Origin: Candidatus Saccharimonadia bacterium
Lineage (GTDB): Bacteria; Patescibacteriota; Saccharimonadia; Saccharimonadales; 2-12-FULL-41-12
Direction of reading: 5' to 3'
DNA length: 64,000 nucleotides
NCBI GenBank assembly: GCA_963717365.1
Contig: OY970327.1
Span: forward strand, 587,599 to 651,598
Part shown: one piece after another, positions 35,890-45,001 of the stretch
How the letters are laid out: every line of letters begins with the position of its first letter
Numbering within the stretch: position 1 is the stretch's first letter
The notes under the pieces: model-generated
The model's database searches: none
The model's input: the letters and a program-made list of their open reading frames with translations, nothing else
Told to the model about the DNA's origin: nothing
Program-made: the position numbers and the translations under genes

Positions 35890-37569
35890 TTATTGAGTTT
35901 TGGCTTGGTCATTACCCAGTATTATAACAAAATCAGCTGTACCGGGCACAATTGTGGCATCTGGCAACGTGCTAACAGTGCCAATGCTGAAGCGTTTTTC
36001 AAGATAATTTTTTGTGTATTTTTTAGCACCGGAACGCATATCAACAATTATCGTCTTAGGGTATGCGCGGGTCGGCGCATTATCTACAGCCGTAATATTG
36101 TAGCCGAAGGATTTAAGTTCATCGGCTTTTTTAGTAGCCAGCCCGGCTGTGTTAGTACCGTTTAAGACGGCAATGCTGGCATTTTCGTTGCGTATAAAGC
36201 TATCTTTGAGTTGGTTGCGCAAATATCCTTTAATTTCGTTGAAATTGCCTGCTCCAGCCCGCGGCACAACAACTGACTGACCGCCAATATTGTCTGTTAT
36301 TACATAGTTATTAGGTGGGTCTGCTAGGCCAATTGAGGTGATTTTTGATTGGTCAATTTCTTTGCCTAGCTGATAAATCCGTGATAAATCTTGAATATTG
36401 AAATTAGTTTCTACTCGATCGCCAAGAGTATCCAGTAGGCCAGATATTTTTTGCGGATTTGAAAAGGTGCCGGCTGATAATACTTTTTCTTTTAAGGCGA
36501 TGATGAGGAGACGTTGTCGTTCTGAGCGGTCAAAATCGCCACGTGCACTGGTATACCGCGAGCGAGCGTAAGCCAATGCTTTAAAGCCGTCCATGTGTTG
36601 TTGTCCGGGCTGCACATTAAGCTTGTAGGGCTTACCATCGATGCGCATGCTTTCTGTTACCGCCGTTGGTACTTTAATATCTACTCCTCCTACTGTATCG
36701 ACAGCTTGACGGAAACCATTAAAATCAATGATTCCCCGGTAGTGGATTGGGGTTCCTAAATTTTTTTCAATGGTTTGTTCCAGCAGGGCAAAGCCTGCGT
36801 CTTCAGCTTGCTTTTTTACTTCATCGGTTTGTTTTTGGCGGGAGGTTTTGGCCAATGCAGCGTTTTTGCCGGTAGAATACACTGCATTAATTTTCATTGA
36901 GCCGCTGCCGCTTACCGGCACATAGAGATCGCGCGGAATACTTACCAAAGAAGCCTCCTTGGCAATCGGGTCAATGCTAGCTACGATGAGCGTATCTGTT
37001 AAATCAGGCGCTTCGTTACCTTCACCACCGCGGCCAAGCATCAAAATATTTACGCGGCCATCACCTTCTCCCTTCAACTTTGAAGGGTCGACGTTGGCTT
37101 CGAGAGCCGCCGCGCCGCCGCCCCCGTTTAGTACTTTATTGATATTAATGTAGCCTTTGGCCGCTAAAAATCCAATTATTAGCAGTAATATTGTGAGAAT
37201 ACTGGCAAAACCAAGAATAATTTTGCGTTTGCGGGACATTTTGACCCTACGGCCCTGGGAGTCACGACGGCCTATACCAAGAAAACCGCGCCGCTTCCCT
37301 TTTTCAGTTTGTTTTGTAATTATCAGTGGCTCATCGGCAAATGATGGGCGTGACCCAAGCTGCGATGATTGGCGGCGGGCGGGCGTGCCAGAGCGGCCGG
37401 TACTGACAGGTCTGTGAGCGGCCGGGCTAAGACTTCCCTTTCCGGAAAAATCACCAAGCTGTCTGCCGCCAGACCGCTTAGGCTGACTGAAGCCGTCTAT
37501 TGAATTCCGAGACGAATGTTTGTTGCTTCCTAATTGTTTATTTCGAAATTCGTTCATAAAAAAATACAC
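35890..37569 (-). CDS. LytR-CpsA-Psr (LCP) family cell-envelope phosphotransferase with a LytR_C-like C-terminal domain
   Basis: Basic cytoplasmic tail, one TM, and an LCP core (NILMLGRGGEGNEAPDLTDTLIVASIDP, RSRYTSARGDFDRSERQ). Confidence 0.75.
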   Translation of the reverse strand: MYFFMNEFRNKQLGSNKHSSRNSIDGFSQPKRSGGRQLGDFSGKGSLSPAAHRPVSTGRSGTPARRQSSQLGSRPSFADEPLIITKQTEKGKRRGFLGIGRRDSQGRRVKMSRKRKIILGFASILTILLLIIGFLAAKGYININKVLNGGGGAAALEANVDPSKLKGEGDGRVNILMLGRGGEGNEAPDLTDTLIVASIDPIAKEASLVSIPRDLYVPVSGSGSMKINAVYSTGKNAALAKTSRQKQTDEVKKQAEDAGFALLEQTIEKNLGTPIHYRGIIDFNGFRQAVDTVGGVDIKVPTAVTESMRIDGKPYKLNVQPGQQHMDGFKALAYARSRYTSARGDFDRSERQRLLIIALKEKVLSAGTFSNPQKISGLLDTLGDRVETNFNIQDLSRIYQLGKEIDQSKITSIGLADPPNNYVITDNIGGQSVVVPRAGAGNFNEIKGYLRNQLKDSFIRNENASIAVLNGTNTAGLATKKADELKSFGYNITAVDNAPTRAYPKTIIVDMRSGAKKYTKNYLEKRFSIGTVSTLPDATIVPGTADFVIILGNDQAKTQ

Positions 37570-37648
37570 TCACGTGCTTTCTACTGGTAAGTATAACTGG
37601 TTTTGAACACATTCGTAAACTCTTAAAGGCTGGTTTGGTTCCCTTAAT

Positions 37649-38311
37649 GTGATAAGCTCTTCTATGTATATGGACGAAGAAACCAAAGACACAACGGCTA
37701 CCTCTAACTCTGGTAAAGCAACGAAAAAGCGCGAGAATGGCAAATGGAAAGATACTGTTTCAACGCTGCTTATTATTTTAATGGCGCCAATTATTGCTCT
37801 CTTCCTTACTAACTTTGTTTTTCAGTCATATCAAGTTGATGGTCCAAGTATGGAGACGACGCTGCAGGACCGCGACCGCTTAATTGTCACTAAATCAGGG
37901 AAAACTTGGTCTCAAATCACCGGTAATACATATATACCCGAACGGAATGCAATTATTATTTTTAATTTTAGCGATGAGGTCACCGGAAATAAAGTTAAAC
38001 AAAAACAATTGGTTAAGCGCGTGATTGGCTTACCGGGCGACCGAGTTGTTGTGAAAGACGGTGTAGTTACTATCTTTAATAATGAGCATCCCGATGGCTT
38101 CCTTGTCGACCAAGAAGGCCCACAAAAAGTGACAATTACTTCAACCAGCGGCTTAATAAACGAAGTTGTACCCGATGATGAAGTTTATGTGATGGGTGAT
38201 AACCGAGATAATTCACGTGACTCACGAACATTTGGGCCTGTCCCATCGGCTGCTATTGTTGGTCACTTAGCAATGCGAATTTATCCGTTTGATACTGCTA
38301 GACAATTTTAA
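37649..38311 (+). CDS. lepB: Signal peptidase I
   Basis: Catalytic Ser box VDGPSMETTL, Lys box KRVIGLPGDRV, and GDNRDNSRDSR. The start is uncertain (GTG 37649 or a downstream ATG). Confidence 0.8.
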   Translation: MISSSMYMDEETKDTTATSNSGKATKKRENGKWKDTVSTLLIILMAPIIALFLTNFVFQSYQVDGPSMETTLQDRDRLIVTKSGKTWSQITGNTYIPERNAIIIFNFSDEVTGNKVKQKQLVKRVIGLPGDRVVVKDGVVTIFNNEHPDGFLVDQEGPQKVTITSTSGLINEVVPDDEVYVMGDNRDNSRDSRTFGPVPSAAIVGHLAMRIYPFDTARQF

Positions 38312-38338
38312 TAATGAAGATTTTCGTAATGAAATTAC

Positions 38339-39205
38339 TTATTGAGATTCTTTTAGGAAATCAATAAATTCTTCCAGCTGTTTGCGCGAACCAAAGTCCA
38401 TAGCAATTTTTCCACCCTTGCCTTTATGAGCCACCGTCACTTTAAAACCCCATTTTGTACTCAGTTGTTTACTAGTTTCTAGATTTATTACCACTCGTTC
38501 CTGTTGTATTTTCTGTTTTTCACCGGGATTATGCTGTTTGGCATCAGTTACAAATTGTTCGGCCTGACGAACTGACCAACTAAATTGTTCAATATTCTTA
38601 ACCAGTTCTTTTTGTTGTGCTGCGTCTTTAAGTGCAAGTACAGAGCGAGCATGGCCTTCAGTTATTTTTCCAGCGACCAATGCGTCACGAGCAAAATCTG
38701 GTAATTGCAATAATCGGACTGTGTTGACGATTGTGGTGTGCGCTTTGCCTAAACGCTCGGCGGTTTCTTTAAGAGAAATATTGAATTGTTCATTCAGACG
38801 CGCAATTGAAACAGCTTGTTCCAACGGAGACAAATCAACTCGTTGCATATTTTCAATTAAGCCAATTTCCAATCGTTCTAGTTCTTCAGTACTTCGCACC
38901 AGTGCGGGAATATGCGAGAGCCCCGCTTCTTTAGCAGCGTGATAGCGGCGCTCGCCAGCCACGATTATATAATCACCGTCAATTTGCGTAATTACTATTG
39001 GCTGCAGTATTCCATATCGCTTAATAGAAATTGCCAGTTCGCTAATCATCACCGGATCAATCGCACTGCGCGGCTGTTTTGGATCAGGCTTAATATCTTG
39101 TATAAGTATCTTTTGTACTCGGTCTTGTTTATCTAGTAAGACCGATTGATCAAAATCTTCAGGTAATAAACTGCCGAAACTCTTGCCAAGTCCTATTTTT
39201 GCCAT
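38339..39205 (-). CDS. parB: Chromosome partitioning protein ParB
   Basis: ParB box GERRYHAAKEAGL and an HTH. Adjacent to parA. Confidence 0.85.
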   Translation of the reverse strand: MAKIGLGKSFGSLLPEDFDQSVLLDKQDRVQKILIQDIKPDPKQPRSAIDPVMISELAISIKRYGILQPIVITQIDGDYIIVAGERRYHAAKEAGLSHIPALVRSTEELERLEIGLIENMQRVDLSPLEQAVSIARLNEQFNISLKETAERLGKAHTTIVNTVRLLQLPDFARDALVAGKITEGHARSVLALKDAAQQKELVKNIEQFSWSVRQAEQFVTDAKQHNPGEKQKIQQERVVINLETSKQLSTKWGFKVTVAHKGKGGKIAMDFGSRKQLEEFIDFLKESQ

Positions 39206-39207
39206 AA

Positions 39208-39981
39208 CTATATATTCCCTTTCACACGAATGTCTATTTCTTTAGCCAAGGCTTTATATGCCCGAGCCCCTTTGCTCCAACGATCATATTCAGCAATTGG
39301 CTTGCCATGACTTGGTGCTTCAGCCAATCGAACATTGCGTGGAATTATCGACTCTAACAACTTTTCGCCAAAATGCTTTTGAACCTCGCTGTATACCTGT
39401 TCTGATAATGAAGTCCGTTTATCATACATAGTCATGACTACTCCTAACAGTTCTAAGTCTGGATTATATTGAGCCTGGACTTGCTGCATTACTTGAAGTA
39501 ATTGGCTCAATCCTTCCAAAGCATAATATTCTGCCTGGACGGGGATTAGTAACTGGTCGGCTGCGGTTAAAGCATTAATAGTAAGTAGACCAAGTGCCGG
39601 CGGGCAATCAATTAAAATATAATCGTATTCGGCAGGCTGTAAACTTTTCTTAAGCTGTGCTTCTCTGTTAGGAATATTAGCTAAGTCTAATTCTACACTT
39701 GCCAATCGGGCGTTTGTTGGAACGATCGCTATATTATCAAAATTGGTCGGTAACAGTACTTCGGTTATGTTTATCCCAGAAATAAGCATGTCGCACAATG
39801 TTGCATTCAATTTTGTTTTATCAAGGCCTAATCCACTCGTTGCATTTCCTTGCGGATCAGCATCTACTATTAAAACGCTTCGTTTTTGCCTGGCGAGGTA
39901 TGCTGCCAAATTAATAGTAGTAGTGGTTTTTCCAACGCCGCCCTTTTGATTTAATACCGCTATTATATGTGTTTGTTTCAT
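39208..39981 (-). CDS. parA: Chromosome partitioning ATPase ParA/Soj
   Basis: Deviant Walker A NQKGGVGKTT. 257 aa. Confidence 0.9.
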   Translation of the reverse strand: MKQTHIIAVLNQKGGVGKTTTTINLAAYLARQKRSVLIVDADPQGNATSGLGLDKTKLNATLCDMLISGINITEVLLPTNFDNIAIVPTNARLASVELDLANIPNREAQLKKSLQPAEYDYILIDCPPALGLLTINALTAADQLLIPVQAEYYALEGLSQLLQVMQQVQAQYNPDLELLGVVMTMYDKRTSLSEQVYSEVQKHFGEKLLESIIPRNVRLAEAPSHGKPIAEYDRWSKGARAYKALAKEIDIRVKGNI

Positions 39982-40520
39982 GTCGCTTGCACCTTGCTCG
40001 TTATGCTTAGCATATCATAAAAGTTATAGAACCGTAAACGTTGGGTACTTTTTTACCCCTGTTGTAGATACTATCAATTACAGATAGCCGGATAATACTA
40101 GCGTACATATATATTTCACTACCGACCTATGCAGCAAGACCCCTGAGAGAGTTATTAAGCCCTAGCTCGTCTTCTTCTAGTCTTGTTTTATGTATTTTTA
40201 AGTGTATTAGTAGTCACGTATCACTGGAGAATATGTTAATAGGGGTCAGCTTTTCCAATCAGGAACACGAGAAATTTATCGGATTAAAAAGTCACTATAA
40301 ACGTATGCCTAATAAATACGACATGAGTTCATAAATAACCGCTTTTGCGGAACGTAAATTGCTAAGAATTTACATAGTGTGATTCACGAAATTTTACTAA
40401 GCGGATACTATTTTGGTAAGCTAAGTTTGATTTAATCTGCCGAACAACTTGGCTATTGTAGCTAAAAGTCAGGAATTCGTTAGTGTAAGTTTGCAATAGT
40501 TAACGTGGACTAAAATTAAA

Positions 40521-40568
40521 ACAGGCAGATTGCCATTTAATGGGCAGTCTGCCTGTATTTTTGTTTTA
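40521..40568 (+). terminator. Orphan plus-strand intrinsic terminator
   Basis: 14-bp stem 40521-40534 / 40543-40556 whose only non-Watson-Crick position (t40530 with g40547) is a G-U pair on the plus strand but A-C on the minus strand. It is followed by ATTTTTGTTTT. No plus-strand ORF of 60 aa or more lies upstream. Confidence 0.55.
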
Positions 40569-40729
40569 GGTTTTTGTTTTAGTTTTGCTATGTAATTTTT
40601 GTTTAAATTAATAGCTGGTTTTAAGTATGCACTGTATCTTCCGGGGATGCAAGAGTTTTTTATGCTTATTTTACGTCCTGAGTATAAAAATTGTTCAATT
40701 ACTGTATTTACCTCTGTAATTAAAATATA

Positions 40730-40757
40730 AAAATAGCTGCCGGGTGGCAGCTATTTT
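40730..40757 (-). terminator. Intrinsic terminator of rplU (bidirectional shape)
   Basis: 9-12 bp stem ATAGCTGCC/GGCAGCTAT with a GGGT loop and A/T runs on both sides. It lies 45 nt after the rplU stop. Confidence 0.65.
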
Positions 40758-40801
40758 AAGATAAATTGGATAACTAAAATTATCTGATGTATGTTGCCAG
40801 C

Positions 40802-41110
40802 TTATTTAATCGCGTCAATTTTGAGTGTGGTGAGACGCTGACGATGACCACGAACGGTACGTACGCGCTTCTTGGCTTTGTAGCGAATAGACGTAACTTT
40901 GTCCTGCTGGACATCTGCTTCTACTATGCTGGCTGAGACTTTGACTCCACTGACGGCAGGAGCACCAACAGACGCTTTATCGCCATCAATTATCAACAGC
41001 GCGTCAAAGCTAAGCTTATCCTTGGAATCCTTAATCAACTCAACGTCAACTGTTTCACCAACAGCTACAAGATACTGCTTGCCACCAGTTGCAATAACTG
41101 CTTTTTTCAT
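40802..41110 (-). CDS. rplU: 50S ribosomal protein L21
   Basis: 102 aa. MKKAVIATGGKQYLVAVGETV is typical of L21. Confidence 0.9.
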   Translation of the reverse strand: MKKAVIATGGKQYLVAVGETVDVELIKDSKDKLSFDALLIIDGDKASVGAPAVSGVKVSASIVEADVQQDKVTSIRYKAKKRVRTVRGHRQRLTTLKIDAIK

Positions 41111-41171
41111 TCAATTAACCTCTTACGTGTGTAAAATTTATTTTATTGGACAATATCAATAGACTTGTCCA

Positions 41172-41200
41172 ATACTAACAGATTGAGCGGTCTCTGTCAA
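41172..41200 (-). promoter_or_regulatory. Sigma70-type promoter for rplU
   Basis: TTGACA (41200->41195), a 17-nt spacer, then TAGTAT (41177->41172). An AAGAGG SD precedes ATG 41110. Confidence 0.5.
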
Positions 41201-41230
41201 AGCGGTTACTCGGAGCACTCGTCTGACGTC

Positions 41231-44152
41231 CTACGCTTTTTCAAGCGACAATTTTAGGTCATGACCTTCGACCGAGATAACAGCCGTGTAGCTGTATTCG
41301 CCTTTGTAGGCTACTGATTTCGCAAGCGTTTCACCTGCAATAACAGATTCGAACATAGTTATTGATTCAAGTAATTTTCCGTTTGCTTGGAGCGACAGAT
41401 TTATCCGGTCATCAATCTGCAACCCAGCTTGCTTGCGGGCATTTTGGATATGGCGAATCACTTCGCGCATCAGACCCTCCCGACGAAGTTCGGGACTGAT
41501 CTCTAGATTCACTACAACCAGCGGTGTTTCAGCACGGCTATGCGTAAAAACTTCTTTAACATTGAGCTCTTCAACGATAATTTCCTGCAGTTCAGGGTTT
41601 AGTATCTTGTTTTCATCAAGAATACTGACCGACTGGAGGGGCTGGCGAACTTTTATTTGGGCTTTGGCGCGCTGCGACAGACCCTCATTGATGATTTCGC
41701 GCACAAAGGCCATATCTCGTACTAGAAGGTCGTTTATGTGGCCAGAAGCGGGCCAATCCAGTAAATGTACGCTCTCGCCGCCCGTGAGCTTCTGATACAG
41801 TTCTTCGGCCAAGAATGGCGTAAATGGTGCCATTATTATGCTGAGCTGCGTTAGGACGTAGTGTAGCGTGCGATAGGCCGTCTGTTTATCAGTATCGTCA
41901 CCGCTTTTCCAAAATCGGCGGCGGCTGCGGCGGACGTACCAATTAGAAGCGTCCTCTATAAATGGTAGGATCGGCTTAACGGCATTTGGCACGTCGTACT
42001 TGGTCATATGCCCATCAATTTCGGCGGCAAGCTGGTGGACTCGGCTTACGATCCATTTATCCAAGGAGTTATTAAGGCTATTAGTTGGATCATCAAGACT
42101 GCCGCCCCACTCCCATTTATCTACTTCGGCGTACAAGGTAAAAAAGTCGTACATATTCCACACCATACTCAGCTTGCGGCTAATGTCGCCGATCTCTTTA
42201 TCTTTAACTGCAAAGTCCTCGCCGTTTAACAAGGGTGACTGCAATAGCAGAAAGCGCAGCGCATCAGCGCTGTATTGATCAATTAACAGATTGGGATCAG
42301 TGTAATTACCGAGACTTTTACTGAGTTTGCGACCATCGTTTCCCTGGATAGTACCGGTTACGATGACGTTATTAAAGCTATTCTTTCCAAACAGTCCTAC
42401 GTTTACGGCATGTAGGTAGTAGAACCAGGCACGTACCTGGCCAACGTATTCCACAATGAAGTCGCCGGGATAATTCTGCTCGAATTTCTCCACATTTTCG
42501 AAGGGATAATGGAACTGTGCGAACGGCATGGAGCCGGACTCAAACCAACAGTCTAACACCTTGTCTATGCGTTTATACTCAATACCATCAATGGTAAACT
42601 TCACATTATCAACCCAGGGGCGATGGTAATCTTCCAGCGTAACACCTGACAGTTCCTTAAGTTCAGCGTAACTGCCAACAACTTTGACCTGCTCGTTGCC
42701 CTCTTTGTCTATACCTTTCCAGACTGGCATGGCGGTAGCCCAAAAGCGGTCGCGGCTGAGATTCCAGTCAGGCGCGGATTGAACAATATTATTGAACCGA
42801 CCGTGCTTAATATGCTCAGGGAACCATTCAATATTGCTGTTTTCCTCCAACATTTCGGCCCGCTGGCCATCAATATCCATAAACCAGCTGGGGTGCGCCC
42901 GGTACATAAGCTTAGTGCCACATCGGTGGCAATGGGGGTAGCTGTGCGTAATATAATCAATTTTCCAAATAACACCGCGCTCGTGCAAGATTTTGGCGAT
43001 TGGCTTGTTGGCGTCCCAGACATACTGCCCTTTCCATTCGCCAGATGTATAGTAGCCGCTGTCGTCAATATTACTAACAAAAGGAAAACTATTTTCACGC
43101 GACAAGGCATAGTCTTCCTCGCCGTAAGCCGGTGCCAAATGTACCAGGCCGGAACCGTCTTCTAGATTCACATAGTCGGCATGCCATACTCGATGAGCAT
43201 TTTGGGAGGTTTCACTACTTCCCTCCAAACGACGGTCTTCAAACAACGGTTCATATGATTTTCCGACTAGTTCCTTGCCCTTGAATTTGCGCAGTACCGT
43301 ATGGTCGAGCGGCTGATGCTTTTCATCGGTTAACACTTTGGAAATCAGTTCGCTGGCTAAAATAAACCGTTCTTTGGTGTCAGTTAGCTGAACTTCACTG
43401 TATTCAAAATCCTGGTTTACCGCGACAGCAGTATTGGCTGGCAGCGTCCACGGCGTTGTGGTCCAAGCTAGCAAGCTGGCGCCTTTGAATGATCCCTTTT
43501 TGTCCTCAAGCTTAAATTTTACATAAACCGAGGGATCGGTCACGTCCTGATAGCTGTTATCCATAGCCACTTCGGCCTTGCTGATAGGTGTGGCATCCCG
43601 TACGCAGTAAAGCAATACCTTCTCGCCCTCGTAGATTTTACCCTTCTCGTGAAGCTGCTTAAAAGCCCACCAAACAGATTCCATGTACTCTTTATCCATG
43701 GTTTTATAGGCGCCCTTAAAGTCTACCCAGCGGCCGATCCGATCAATCGTGTCTTCCCACATATCACCGGTCGCTACCATGTTTTCTCGGCAGGTTTTGA
43801 CGTACTCTTCCAGACTAATCTTAGTACCAATGTCTCGCCGGTCCTTGATGCCCAGTTTTTTCTCGGTGAACACTTCGGCTGGTAAGCCATGGCAGTCCCA
43901 GCCCCACACCCGCTCGACGCGCTTCCCTTTCATCGTCCAGTAACGGGGTACTGCATCTTTAACGATACTACTGAGCAAGTTGCCATGATGCGGCTGCCCG
44001 GTGATAAATGGGGGTCCGTCATAAAAAACATATGAGTTACTGTCGGGCCGGTTCTGGACCGATTTCTCAAACGTCTTGTTCTTTTTCCAATATTGGACCA
44101 GGTCTTTTTCGTAATCGATGGCTTGGCGCCGGGTACCTTGCTTAAATTTCAT
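41231..44152 (-). CDS. ileS: Isoleucyl-tRNA synthetase
   Basis: 973 aa with a HIGH-like PHHGNL, KMSKS-like KLSKS and a CP1 editing domain. Confidence 0.95.
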   Translation of the reverse strand: MKFKQGTRRQAIDYEKDLVQYWKKNKTFEKSVQNRPDSNSYVFYDGPPFITGQPHHGNLLSSIVKDAVPRYWTMKGKRVERVWGWDCHGLPAEVFTEKKLGIKDRRDIGTKISLEEYVKTCRENMVATGDMWEDTIDRIGRWVDFKGAYKTMDKEYMESVWWAFKQLHEKGKIYEGEKVLLYCVRDATPISKAEVAMDNSYQDVTDPSVYVKFKLEDKKGSFKGASLLAWTTTPWTLPANTAVAVNQDFEYSEVQLTDTKERFILASELISKVLTDEKHQPLDHTVLRKFKGKELVGKSYEPLFEDRRLEGSSETSQNAHRVWHADYVNLEDGSGLVHLAPAYGEEDYALSRENSFPFVSNIDDSGYYTSGEWKGQYVWDANKPIAKILHERGVIWKIDYITHSYPHCHRCGTKLMYRAHPSWFMDIDGQRAEMLEENSNIEWFPEHIKHGRFNNIVQSAPDWNLSRDRFWATAMPVWKGIDKEGNEQVKVVGSYAELKELSGVTLEDYHRPWVDNVKFTIDGIEYKRIDKVLDCWFESGSMPFAQFHYPFENVEKFEQNYPGDFIVEYVGQVRAWFYYLHAVNVGLFGKNSFNNVIVTGTIQGNDGRKLSKSLGNYTDPNLLIDQYSADALRFLLLQSPLLNGEDFAVKDKEIGDISRKLSMVWNMYDFFTLYAEVDKWEWGGSLDDPTNSLNNSLDKWIVSRVHQLAAEIDGHMTKYDVPNAVKPILPFIEDASNWYVRRSRRRFWKSGDDTDKQTAYRTLHYVLTQLSIIMAPFTPFLAEELYQKLTGGESVHLLDWPASGHINDLLVRDMAFVREIINEGLSQRAKAQIKVRQPLQSVSILDENKILNPELQEIIVEELNVKEVFTHSRAETPLVVVNLEISPELRREGLMREVIRHIQNARKQAGLQIDDRINLSLQANGKLLESITMFESVIAGETLAKSVAYKGEYSYTAVISVEGHDLKLSLEKA

Positions 44153-44282
44153 CGGATGCCTTTCTTTTACTTCTTGCTGATATTGTTTTGGTTGTACTTT
44201 ATAGCGCTATACCTTGATTTCATTAAATTATAATGAAGTCGAGATATAGCACTCAAAACCATATAGCCGCCTTCAAAGTACT

Positions 44283-44490
44283 AAAAAAGCACCTTGTCCG
44301 GCTGTCAGAATCCCACTATAAGGGACGGTACCATCTGACTTCCAAACAAGATGCTTGTTTAAACATCGCGTTTAGCGCTTAATTTACAGCTGTAACGGGC
44401 CAATCCGTCAGGTTCTACTGAGTGAAGTGACAAAGCGCTTCTCTGTTCTGCCTGCTACCTTCGCGGGTGATAACCGCTCATCTGATCTGA
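44283..44490 (-). promoter_or_regulatory. T-box riboswitch leader of ileS (Ile specifier AUC), ultrashort Stem I type
   Basis: Read on the minus strand. GAUGA GA-motif, then hairpin GCGG-UUAUCAC-CCGC-GA with AUC-A in the 7-nt loop (AUC = 44471->44469). F-box CCGUUA at 44399->44392. Stem III AAACAAG-CAU-CUUGUUU at 44360->44344. T-box core AGAUGGUACCGUCCC at 44336->44322, forming helix GUCAGA/UCUGAC with bulge UGGUACCG (44339->44304). Confidence 0.6.
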
Positions 44491-44556
44491 TAGCTCAAAC
44501 TAAGAACCAGTCGATCAAAACGTATGTACTTGGCAGTATATCAGATTTCTGGTCGC

Positions 44557-44820
44557 CTAAATATGGGTGTAGTATGAAATTTCTTGCATCAGAGGAAAAT
44601 CAGTGCCTTGCCAAAATTTAACTAGCTGCCCATCCGTACCCAATACGAGAATGGCTGGGTGTTGGATGATGTCATAGAGACTAGCGGTTGATGAGCCATC
44701 CCTAGTATCTATATTTACTAGATCGATTCGCGCTTGGTGTTGTCGTTCTAGTTCCCGGGCAAAATCTTCTACCATACGAGAGAATTCTGAGTTCGGACGG
44801 TAAAGCATAACTACCTTCAT
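44557..44820 (-). CDS. Thioredoxin-fold small protein lacking the CxxC motif
   Basis: 87 aa with a beta-alpha-beta pattern (KVVMLY...IDLVNID...HPAILVLG...LVKFWQG). NSEFS sits where CxxC is expected. TGCTATACT (44836->44828) lies 7 nt upstream of ATG 44820. Confidence 0.45.
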   Translation of the reverse strand: MKVVMLYRPNSEFSRMVEDFARELERQHQARIDLVNIDTRDGSSTASLYDIIQHPAILVLGTDGQLVKFWQGTDFPLMQEISYYTHI

Positions 44821-44935
44821 ACGGTTTAGTATAGCAGTTTTAATTTTCAGGTAATAACTTGCGTTAGTCTATGCTTGTTATCCGATTTACTCGTTGAAGA
44901 TACCGACTTCCATTGTTTATATGATTGAAGTTAGA

Positions 44936-44978
44936 GAAAAATATAGAGCGGTCTACCATCTTGTAGATGATGAGACCG
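44936..44978 (-). terminator. Probable intrinsic terminator of nrdJ
   Basis: Interrupted hairpin CGGTCT...CATC / GATG...AGACCG (44949-44978), followed on the minus strand by CUCUAUAUUUUUC. Confidence 0.4.
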
Positions 44979-45001
44979 TTCTGTTTTTCGCACTTACTGT
45001 T

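Noticed and set aside
40007-40334. Small ORFs in the parA-rplU spacer: minus 40108..40007 (33 aa), plus 40627..40719 (30 aa, Cys-rich), plus 40233..40334 (33 aa).
   Set aside because: AT-rich sequence generates such ORFs by chance. Only 40233..40334 has an SD, and it is mentioned under the spacer finding. None can be supported as a gene from sequence alone.
39982-40801. oriC or parS site next to parAB.
   Set aside because: There are only 6-7/9 matches to the DnaA box TTATCCACA (for example TTATCCAAT near 40766-40774). There is no full parS palindrome TGTTTCACGTGAAACA, only half-sites such as TGTTTCA at 39974. There is no dnaA and no gene-strand switch at this position.
44153-44282. 18-codon ORF (MKSRYSAIKYNQNNISKK) and TATAAT box between the T-box and ileS, as a second Ile attenuator or promoter.
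   Set aside because: It has only two Ile codons and no terminator after it. The TATAAT is only 3 nt from its ATG. This is noted as an unresolved part of the T-box expression platform rather than a separate feature.
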